From: Tubulanus polymorphus
Lineage: Eukaryota; Animalia; Nemertea
Length of the DNA: 64,000 nucleotides
NCBI RefSeq assembly: GCF_964204645.1
Contig: NC_134035.1
Coordinates: 11,254,451 to 11,318,450, forward strand
Direction: 5' to 3'
Shown here: piece after piece, positions 11,306 through 22,800 of the stretch
Layout of the letters: every line of letters begins with the position of its first letter
Numbering within the stretch: position 1 is the first letter of the stretch
Made by a program: the position numbers and the translations under genes
The notes under the pieces: model-generated
What the model saw: only the letters and a program-made list of their open reading frames with translations
Databases searched by the model: none
Told to the model about the DNA's origin: nothing

Positions 11306-12725
11306 AGAGGGAAGATGTACTAAACTATAAACTGTCGATATCAGATTTTCAAAGTGGGTCGGAATTGATACGAGTGGAACTATACGCCATACTTTGCACC
11401 GTATCTGCCGAAACGAGCATTTCTGAATTCTCGAAATCGCGTGAATGCTTGAGACAAGGGGCGTTTTCTGGACCTGGAGAAATATTTATGAAATTTCCGG
11501 AATATGTACAAAACAAAATTTTGAATTAAAAATGCGGAACTTGAATTTAAAAGGCGATTCTTCGCCCCCCTCTGGTATTTAACAATGTGTCACTTTAATC
11601 TCGTTCCTGTCCTTGCTGGATCGATATTTTCGGTTCCATTTTTTGGAAGATTACGATTAAACTCTCCCCGAACAACCGCTTTTAAAGAGCGTCCTACCGT
11701 TGAATCAACATCATCATCATCCGCGGAGGCGACATGCAAAACGTAAACGGTCGTTGATAACGCTTACAGGAATATAACGACGGCTCGGTCTCATGCAGCA
11801 CTCACCAACAACGACTGTATCATCGTTTGTTCTGAAAAATGGGGTGCCTCGTGGTAGGAAACGCTCCTCCCGACGGGAAATGATTCCTCGCTACTTGCGA
11901 ATTGAATATGCGGAAGAAAAGATTTAGAAAAAAAGTAAATGCAATATAATGAAACAAAAACTCATCGCTTCGACTGATAGAAATCGTTAGGCGTTTTGAT
12001 GCTCAGTTTTTCCACATCTATCAAATAGATTCCGAAATTCGAAACCAGAAACACTTTTTCCATCAACGTTTTGGGACTTAATGCGAACGAAAAACTTCGT
12101 AGCGAACTTCGTGTTATTCAAAACGAAAATCCCCAATTTCTTATTTTTTAAGATCGTAGATGGTCGAGAATTGAAATCATCCATGTGTACCGGGTCAGTC
12201 TTCAATCCACCTACTGGAAATCAGGTTCGAATTCGGTATTTAGATTCGGCCCTGGAAATGTGGACCCGCAACTTAGAATTAGTTGCGATCGTGAGATCAG
12301 TTCTTGTATTTTTATATTCCCCATATTAGCGGCTCCTTCGAATCATTGTGTTCAGGCTTGGAGGTTCAGGTAAACAGGGATAGACTGAGTAGTGCTGCCA
12401 CAAACGAAACAAATAAGATAAAATAATCGATTTTGTAAAAAAATAATAATCATTATCATTCATTTTATTAATATCAATTCTTTAATAATTGATTTCGTTC
12501 ATTAGAATTTTCGAAATCCAATGAAACTGAAAGCAAAAAAACACATGTATCCCCACTAGATTTCTAATGCCTGGTTTAAACATCATTTCGCGAACACAAA
12601 ATATATACACAACTAATAGTCCACAACTAATCGATGTACTTACATCATTTACATCATTAGCGTCTAATCTGTGAAATATTCAAAATTTTAGTCCAACTGT
12701 TCATATACAAATATATAATTCATTT

Positions 12726-13032
12726 GGCCGATTTTTATTATTAGTCGGATTACGGATTGAAATAATTAAACGAGGGAGGGGGAATTTAAAAAAAAAATTT
12801 TCTGAAAATATTGAATCCATTCTAATCGGGGATTTTATCCAAAAAATTGCTTTATTTTAGAGGTCATTTTGGAAAATTATACCCAAATATTGTCTACACC
12901 CATATTACTGACACATTTCCATATCTGTGTTTAGAAATGAAGGGGCGCCAGGAAAAAATGAAAAACTTTTTTTATCCCTAGAAATTGAATAGTTCATCGG
13001 CGGATCCGTAATCCGACTGATAAAAAACGGCC
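12726..13032. mobile_element. MITE with about 30-bp imperfect TIRs
   Basis: ggccgatttttattattagtcggattacggat / atccgtaatccgactgataaaaaacggcc. Confidence 0.7.
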
Positions 13033-14489
13033 TTAGCAGCTTTTTTGCCGTTTTGAAAAGATTCCGTGGAGTCTCAAGAGCACGTGCTTACTTGAAACCA
13101 GCTCCTCCCTCTTCCAGTTCTATTGAGTGAGAATAACAGCCTACCTGTTACCGTTGAAAACGATGTTTAGGTAATGAATTTTCTGTTCATTAAATTCGGA
13201 AAAAAATATTTTCTTTTTTGAAAACGCTACCTAACCGAACTGTAAAGAGAGCGAGGAGGAACTATATGTCAAGAAGCAAACTGCTCATTCATAAGCTAGA
13301 AAGCTAGAAATTCCAGACAACATACAGAGACAACAGAATCGATTTCAAAAACTTGGCAAATATCACTGAATTAGAACACGATTAGAAGTAGTTATATTAT
13401 TGACTTTTATGAAGTATATCGACAACCATTTCCACAGGCCTAATTTACAAACCATCATCAGTAAATATACATACACACAGTTCAAGCATTTGCTTTAAAA
13501 CATATATGAATCTTAACTTAGGGGCTATTAGAATTTTTACATTCGATTATTTACATTACCAACATTTCTGTTACTTACACATAAATGCACAGTGGTCACA
13601 ATTTCAAAGCCGAAGTTTGCACAAGTTTTTTTTTTCAGAAAAATCATAGACAGTAGTCGTATCAGTTAACCGAATAAATCTTAACTCACGAAAACTTTGA
13701 CGACTACACAAGTTTTGTGTGAAATGAAGTTTGGAATTCAAACATTCTCCTAAACGCAAAAGACTGCTGCACACTTTCTGGTTCTGCAAAGTTTGCTGGG
13801 TTGATGATAGCCATGGAATGCTTACAGCTTTCAGGCAAACCATGGCCGGCTGAACAGGGCCAGCAAAATATATCAAACGCATTCAATTTCATCCAGCCAT
13901 AAGCATCGAAATTGGCCTGATTTTTCAATTAAAATTCTTTCCTTGACCCCGACAAATCAGCAAATCCGAGTTAGTACGAGGCTGTCAAAAATAAAATATA
14001 ACCCTATCCATGCACTTGGTTGTTGCAATAATTGAAAATTGGACGTATGGGTAGAGAAAGGAATGACTTAAATAAATCAGGGAACAAATCAGGGCTTTTT
14101 GGCCTTCAAAATACTACCCGGTATATCACAATATACACAACGAAATTTTTATGCCGACTTGTACCTGTTGTACGTAGGAAAAAATGTTCAACAAAATCCA
14201 TACAAATCCATTTTATGGATGGGGATGGTCTATAAAATTTGAATTCCAAAGACAAGTAGTTGAGGGCAAATAATACACAAATTACTGAACATGCTTGCAA
14301 TTTATCTAAAAACGTTTAAAACATTTGGTTAACCAAAAGTTAAAAGGTATGTACCCATGCCAACTCGGCCCGAAAAGTCTAACACCCAACATGCAAAATT
14401 TCTGAAGAAACTGAAGATCAGAACCTAAGAATTCGAGAATAGCTAGAAATCGAAAGACCAAAAAGGACTGAATTTAGTCACTTCACCAG

Positions 14490-14632
14490 GGGCCAGTTGC
14501 ACAGTCGTGACTTAAGTCCAAAAGTGGTCTCAAATTTTAAGACTGGTCTTAAGTTGTTAGATTGGTTATAGAACTAAGATGGTCTTAAATTATTCTTAAG
14601 TCTAAGCCATGAATGAATACAGAACTGGGCCC
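14490..14632. mobile_element. MITE family 2 (GGGCC termini, CWG flanks, PIF/Harbinger-like)
   Basis: gggccagttgc...aactgggccc ends with interior taagactggtcttaag repeats. Closely similar to 33453-33589. Confidence 0.8.
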
Positions 14633-15478
14633 TGGGGACAGTTAGTCAAAAGTTTATTTATGTGAACTGGTAGATAGATGACATAGTGGCAGTGAAGATT
14701 TCACTGTTTGGTTACCAGTTAACTGTTACAAACCTGAAGCAACTGCCCCGGATCAAAATTTAAACTAGTCCCTGGATATAACGTTATCAAATAAATGTTT
14801 TTGTCAGTTTCCATTTGGGAACCCTTCATCACTACCTTCATAATAGATTAATGAGAAAGGCGAGCAGCCAAGATGAACAAGGGCAGATCTACCTTTTCCT
14901 AATGACTGTCCGTAAAACATAGAAAACCTACATGAACTTGAGGATCACGTATCATTAACAACTGCTTCAGCTTTTCATAGAAAACAAATGATGAATTTCA
15001 CGAACATCTTTTAGAATAGATTTTCATTTTATCTTACAAAAATGTACACACACGCGCATATAAGTCCACAATAATATCTCCTAGATTTGGATGGACTACC
15101 GTCATGGAAAACATTTACATACAATACCTATATACATTGAAACATATCGTTACACAGCACCACATTTTACTTTTAGCACAAAGAGAAATGATTATCTTTT
15201 ATCATCATTGTTAAACATCGATTCGCTTTTTAGCGCAGAAATGTCTTCAGTTTTCACGTTGATCGATAACATTAGAGTCTAGTTAAACTAGGCGTCATCA
15301 TCGTTGTTGAAAATTTGGTATCAAAAACGTATCGTACCATCACAGACTAACTGTTCATTGCACTAACTAAACGATGCAACTCGAGGGATCTAGTGTCACA
15401 GTCGTCGGCATCACGAGTTAAAATACTACCCTACTCAATAGTCAGTAAAATCCACGTAATTCAGATTATTTGAAACTG

Positions 15479-15605
15479 GGGATCATTCATTTATTACGTA
15501 CGCATGAAATTCGGCCATTTTTTCATATACATTAAGCATTACGGTACGCAATTGCACTGACCCCCTCCCCCTCCCCTAATACGTACATAATAAATGAATG
15601 ATCCC
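15479..15605. mobile_element. MITE family 1, shorter copy in the opposite orientation
   Basis: Same TIRs; CTG 3-bp TSD. Confidence 0.88.
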
Positions 15606-16500
15606 CTGATGAAATTATAATCTGGTTTACGAAAAATCTGAATTAAACATATTTCACATACATTTACACGTGAGAGTAGACCATTGATGATATCCAGATT
15701 AGATTAAACCGATCTGAATTAAGCGTATTTGACTATACACCCGATGGACTGGATCTAGAATTTTCGATGATCCCCCAAACAAAATTCATCTCAATTTGAC
15801 AACATACAAAGCTCGATTGCTAGAAAATTTTCGCTAGGATTTATTTTATGTAGTTATCGTAAACTTCCGATGCAGAGAGGTTTTCACCAGCTGCCCGTCC
15901 TTTGAGAATATGGTGTTCGCAGCTCTTTATGATCTTGCGCGTCGAATATTGGAAATTCCACCCCGAAATAGACGAACAGCACTTGTAGTCATCGGCGCCA
16001 AAGCAGATTCGCAACGCGGCAATTTTTGCTCAGCTCCTCGAGGGCTTTGCATTCGAGTACAATTATTCACATCAAATTGCCTTTTAGTGAACGCGATTTC
16101 TCGATCTCTGACGCCTAAACAGTTCAAAACTTGCGTCCGTACAGAATACATGTTTGACGTTCATATGGCTAGCATCTTATAATAATTGCATATCGCTGAT
16201 CAAACGTTTGAGCATGTTTGGTATTGTTTCACCACAACTTCGTGCCTTCAAAGATCGCGCGAGTCATTTTATCTTCTTTACCATTTTGCGAAGCGCATCG
16301 CCATCATCGACATTCTTATAAGGTATGCGTCTGATTATAATGTGGCCTTCTGAATAATAATCGACATTATTATCATTTTAAACAGCACCATTTAATGATA
16401 TTTTCGCGCGACGTCACGACTACCGCGCCCGGCTTTATTTCACCACCGCACGCGATCATTTCTCGCGAACTCTGTATCTCGCGTGTATATATACGTTCAC

Positions 16501-16501
<1 letters not shown>

Positions 16502-16592
<91 letters not shown>
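16502..16592. repeat. (TA)n microsatellite in the presumed ephrin 3' UTR
   Basis: About 45 perfect units starting about 70 bp after the ephrin stop codon. Confidence 0.97.
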
Positions 16593-16597
<5 letters not shown>

Positions 16598-16663
16598 AAT
16601 AATGATCGAAAACAATAATCACCGCTCACATCATCAACACACGGATTACTAGATAAAAACGTC

Positions 16664-16845
16664 CTATCTGTTTGTCACCAGATGGCGTTGAATTATCATT
16701 TGCGTCGTCGTTATTAAAGTCACCGACGCGCAAATTACAGTCGTTACGATCGAAGACGAAATCGTCGCCGCTCCCTGCGACACGCGTTTCGCGTCGCTCG
16801 GATTGTTCGTTAAAACCTCGTTCGTATTTTTGTCTTTTATTATGT
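16664..16845 (-). CDS. Efn: Ephrin terminal coding exon with GPI-signal-like tail ([60 protein letters not shown])
   Basis: Pyrimidine-rich acceptor ttttctattttcag|AC, in frame with the stalk exon, TAG at 16664-16666. Not shown in the supplied ORF track. Confidence 0.8.
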
Positions 16846-19800
16846 CTGAAAATAGAAAATAAAAAATGCGCGATGTATTAAAATCAGGTCGGAAGAACTT
16901 GATTATAAAGGGGCCTAAACCCTTTCAGTGTGGTATATAAATCGGTGAAGGACTTCGCTTATACACCGCACCACATTGTATCGATTTGATTATCAATTAG
17001 TTTTAATTTCTATTGAAAGATGGCAGCACCCATCAAACATTGTGAAATATTGGTTTACAAAATGCACTGGGGCGGATTCCCAAAATTTTCAAATTATCCC
17101 CAGCATTTTAAGGTACGTAAGAAGACACTTGGGGGCACTGAAATAGCTAACATGGTATGCATTTTGTACCAATTGACCTCCTAATCTACATGCCCTAATG
17201 GCACCTTCAGCGAACAATAGAAAAGCAAATTTCATCCATGGCAAAAAATTAGCATTCAAAACACGTAACTAAGTATCGTTTTCACAAGTAAGGCTTATAG
17301 AAGTTTGCTATTCAATTAGTTTCAAGGTGAACCTCCTTCAAATATATCCTAACATTGCACCTGGTTCACAAAACAAATGCAATGTTAGTTTTCATGATAT
17401 ATTCGACGTCCTTTCATTTTCTCAGTGACTATGATGTGAATATACGGACAGCCAGCATTCTTACCTTTTTCCTTCGTTTTAGGAGGTATATACTTTTTGG
17501 TTGTTATTTGCTGCCTACGTGTAGTAGTGGTGGTTGATTGCGTAGAAGTCGATGACACCGGACGCGGTCGAGTGACCGGCTTCACTTGACCTCCGCCGTC
17601 ATATCCTCCTTCTAGAAAATCATAAATGAATCCGAATTTCAGAATTAGGCGCCTGGAAGTTTCGTTCACAGATAACTGGCATCGGTCCCCCAGAAATAAA
17701 TCCGAGCGATCTGAATAAATTTTCTAGTTTTTACCAAGTCCGCACAAGACACCTTCTTGTACAGGGCCCAGAGTATTCTATTGTTGTATCTATATCTATT
17801 ATTATTATTATCATGATTATCATTAGTTTATTTCTTTACTAAGAAGTACAATACAAATATTGAGTCATCACTAACTATGCAGTACTCCCAAAACTATGAA
17901 GACTAACGCGCAAAAAATATATCAGACCAACTGAATTAACGACAGTAGCGAAAATGACCTGACCGAAGTCTCTGTACTTATTCTTATCATTTTCCAATTC
18001 TATCCTATATGACGACGACGGCAGACATCGCTAATTGGCCGGGGAGAGTTATTTTTCAGTTGCGTCGTAATATTATTGATCGATACTGTCTGTTGCTATG
18101 TCGCTGATTTGACAGATGATATTCAGTCTGTTGTGCGAACGCTCTCACAATCTATGACAACGCCGCTGAACAAATGCGTAAGAACTATTAAAAGACGTGA
18201 CGTTCGAGTCTCGCGGAACGAGACCGATTACTGATCTAACTTTCTCGATGAAATTTCCCAAACTTTTTCAGTGAATCTTTTCTTTTTTCATGTTTGTTAC
18301 CCGTGGCATCTGGGAATATTGTCAAATGAAAACTTAAATGAAAAATCCCTTTTTAATGAGACGTTGCACAAAATTGACTTAAATGGACAATAAAACTTTA
18401 TAATATCCAAAGGCCTTTATGTTAGGTGTTCACGTTTACAAGGGGCTTTTATGTATTGATATGAAGTAAAGACCCAGAAATGTCTCCAAATACCAACTTA
18501 TAGATTATTATCTAAAATATGAATATTTTGTCCGATGAGGGGTCCTAGAACCCGTCCAATCATTAGCCCAGTTATTGAGTAATCAGTTGTTGGTCATTAA
18601 TGAATATTATTCGCATTTTCATGTTAAAGTTTTATTTTGGTACCTATAAAACTGTTCTCATCTCAGGCTTAGGTCAGGACCGAGTAATTTAGATCCGAGT
18701 TAAGCTTGACTCAAGAGGTAAAGATTTCCAAACATTGAAACCTGTCAAATCTTAACCATGTGTGACTGGAGCAAGTTTGATGAAAATTCTAAGCTTAAAG
18801 TGACCCAAATTGTTGCACTTAAGAACGAGTATATCAAAAATCTGAATTTAAACTTATGCCTGAAAACTGGATAAAGCGCACCATCATGAAGTAAAATGAA
18901 CCAGCCAATGATATCGGGTTTGTTTTCCAAGTACTTACGTGAATTCTCATCGCAGCACACTTTGAATATCATTTTCATGTTTAAATACTTGCACGCGCCA
19001 TGGTAAGTATTTTCGAGACCATCAAGATCACCTCTCGATGTAGCTACAAGCAAAACGTTCGAAAAAACCATAAATAATGTTAGATTTGCGACAAGACTGA
19101 GATAAAAGCTTTCACTGATTTCATTATTAATGATAGATATTGATAATTATTGTTTAAGACAAATTCTGATATTTTTTCTTCAAATCAATTTTGAATTTCA
19201 GTATTTAGAGTTTTAAACGACGTAATTTCTGTTCATCCATATAAATAGAGCGAATAGATAGATTTGAGAAAGATGACAGAAAAAGTAGATAGATATGTAA
19301 TTTAGATGTCTGGCAGATCCAGTTTACAATTAGTTTACATTGACAAACTTCTCATTTTCAACGACTTCTACACAGTTAGATTTCACAAAACAACCTCCAC
19401 ATCTTCAATTTGAATTAGACTCGATAAGCTTCGTGAAAACTGGACTGAGAAAGTTTCAATTGTTGTTTTCTCAATTTGATCGAGAAGTTTGTCGTATTTC
19501 GAGCGAACTGGATTCACCTTATACAGTTTCAGTACAATCGGAATCATTTAAAAACATGCGATTTTTAAAATTAACATTTTCATAATGTAGACAAACTGCT
19601 TAATCCAGAACACGCATTCTATCCAATCGTGTTTAGATATTCTAATTTGAATAATGCTTGAACAAATATGCCAAACAAAAACGATGGGTAATGTTTTGTT
19701 TCAATCAGTATCTCTTCAATGAGAGAAGAGAATTTGTGCATGAATTCATGCATCAAAAATCTGTCAAAATGTCTTATTTCAATTTGGATCAGTTTATTTG

Positions 19801-22800
19801 AAATACGTCGATCTGGATTTCACAGTGACACTGTATCGACGATCGCTGAAATTAAATTATGTCATCATAAAACGATTAGATGAAAATGAAAAAATTAAGA
19901 CATTTCTGCCATTTTGCCCGTAAGCTGATATGTACGCTGGATTTTTAGCAAACATATTTCAAGCTGGATTGATAGGAAATTAAACCCAGCTACAGTCTAT
20001 TTCTCGTAAAGCATCTGCAACCCAGAACTATTATGTGACATTGTAGAAAAGCTGAATAAACATTTGGGTTCTTACACGCGTGCATATGAGTTGAGCCTAT
20101 CCTTCAGGAATGCTTACAACCATCAACTATAAAGCTTTATACAAATCCCTACACATCACTTCACGGGCAAAATGTTGAAATTCATTCATTCATTCATTTA
20201 TTAGAGGGTTGTGTATAAAATCACACATTTTTTTCTCATTTTTGGAGGTCAGAAATATCAAATATTCAAACAGCAATTCGTCCTAGGTGCTTATTATTGA
20301 AATTCGACCAGAAAATGGACTGGACCACTAGTGTATATCAGAAGGGAAATCCATCAGTTCTTGTTTGTGAATTCTTTTCAATTGTTAGATTTAGAATTAG
20401 TTCGTTTCCAATCACAGTCAAAAATGAACTTGGAATTGAGGAGAAACTTTGCAGGGTATTTATATCACTATCTAAGTTTGATAGGGCTTATAGACATAGT
20501 TGGGCATAACGCTGGTTTCAACATTGATATTTCAATCTGAATCTAATAAGAACTGAAAACGTTCGGAATTGAAGAGTTAAAGGTGGACATGTCTCGTCTA
20601 ATACTGGCCATGAAAGAAAACAAAATGATAGAGTTTTCAGTTATGTTGATCAAACCATTTTGATTTTAACCATCCAAATTTTCAAAGTTTGCAAAACACG
20701 TCAAATCCGGTTGTGGCTTATATTTGACCAGATCCGAACCAACTTCATTTAGACCAGTATACTGTCCTGTTCACCTTTCACTCTTCACGAAGCTTTATGA
20801 ATATTTCGTAGGAAAAATACCGCATAAAGCTGTATTAAAAAACACTATTGTCCGGATATAAAACGAATTTATATTCAAGCAAAAACTCGCAATGTTAGAA
20901 AAATGGCATGCGATTGAATAAATGATGTTACATGTAAAACACGTATACATATTGTGTTTTATATTTTCACTGTAGCAATGCAGTAGGTATTAACAGCAAG
21001 GCAATTAATGAATGGAGGGAGACCATGAGGTATGTACTGAATTTCGTTCGGTAAATATTGGTACATCAAACACTGAACATATTCGCTATTAAGTGTCTCA
21101 TGTGGAAAAATGCTGTGCACTTTTTTTCTGTGGAGTGAAATTAATCAAGAAAGATATACGTTTTTGTCAACTAAATCGTTTTTTGGTAAACTTTTGAAGG
21201 TGGGAAGATCGACGCATATCAATTGTCATTCAGATCGAACTTCAATTTTTATAGTTTGTCGACTATTAGCGAAATGTCAGTCTGAACCACAGTCCAAAAA
21301 TAACCAACCAAGATTGAGCATGGTTGCCGAGTTGAGAAAATGGCACGTTAAGTGGAACTACAACTGTCAAAAATGTTTGGTATATTTTCCAAGATACCAG
21401 TCCAAACAAGTAATAGAATGAAAACCTAGTCCGTACCAGTTTTCTAATATTTTCATTTTTAATCATTAGTTGACAAAATTGAAACCTTTTTTTCATTGAT
21501 TATTTCATTGAACTGGGGGTGAATCAATATGATGTTACAGTACATTTGAAATTTAATAACACGCGGCCAGCGTTTTTCAATGCGTTATTTGTCTATTCCC
21601 GTATATTCAAATACCAGTATACATAACAGTGCTATACTTTTGAATTTTTTTGTGTTCTGAATAACAAAATTATTGTCATTAACCAATATGAATACGATTA
21701 TCGCTGACTATTATTTTTGGGGAATACTCAGGTATTACAGCGGCGCAGATCCAGGGGCCTTTTTGATGGCATTGCAGCAAATTTAGGGCAAGGAAAGGAA
21801 TTTTCAAGTGACCCAGGATTAGGAAGTACAGAGCTCGGGGACACTCAGAACTAAAACATGCCCAGAATTGTTTAACCATTATCAGAATTTGTTTCGATAT
21901 TCCGTGATAAACTCAGGAGTAGCTCTAAAAATGGAATATTGCCATCTGGAACGCTCGGTACCCTGGATCCACTGGTGTATTCACACTGATGAACACCGCT
22001 TTGAAAAACGCTGTTGTGGTTCTTGATCGTGAAGTATATGTATATAGTAAAGCCCAACGCAGAAAACATAGGGAAACAAGGAAACACAGAAATAAACATG
22101 TCTGATATTGGAAACATCGTTTCCCGAACCATGTTTATTGTTTCGGGGTCATTCATTTATTACGTACGCATCAAGGGAGGGGGGAGGAGTCAATGCAATT
22201 GCGTACTGTAATGCTTAATGTATATGAAAAAATGGCCGATTTTGCGTACAGAGGGGGAGGGGGGATGAAAATTTCAAATTTTATGCGTACGTAATAAATG
22301 AATGATCCCTTCTCGTAAATGCAAACAGGGAATTGGTCAGAAACATATTTCTGTCTCCTTTTCTCCGGTTTCCCAATGTCGTGTGCGTTGGGCTTTCACG
22401 TACAAAGGGCTCAAGGGGCATGCACATAGCACATTCCTCAGGAATTCGTGAATATATTTTCACGGTGGTGAGGGGTACGAGTGTCAGTGATGTTACTATA
22501 CGAAGCGCCGAAATGATGAATCGATCTTCGCGTTTATTTTTCCAAATGATTTTCGATGGTTTTTGTTTTAGTTCATGATCACGCGTACAGATGGCGCAAA
22601 AACAGCGAATATTAAAACGTAACAAGATGCATAATGTGGACGAAAATGATAAACTATGAAAAAAGAACACCGTACCATCGTCGTCGCACTGTTCTGGGGG
22701 CTTCGGGCGTAAATTACCGCAAATGCATTTTCATTTCATTCTATAGCATATACTAAACATAGTATTGTTTAGTTTTTACACTCGAGGCATCGTAAAAACG

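Noticed and set aside
16373-16615. YIYIYI ORFs (also 41277-41642)
   Set aside because: (AT)n microsatellite artefacts.
21872-22156. Possible third alternative ephrin exon
   Set aside because: No YDDC or YYYI motifs; it overlaps MITE sequence.
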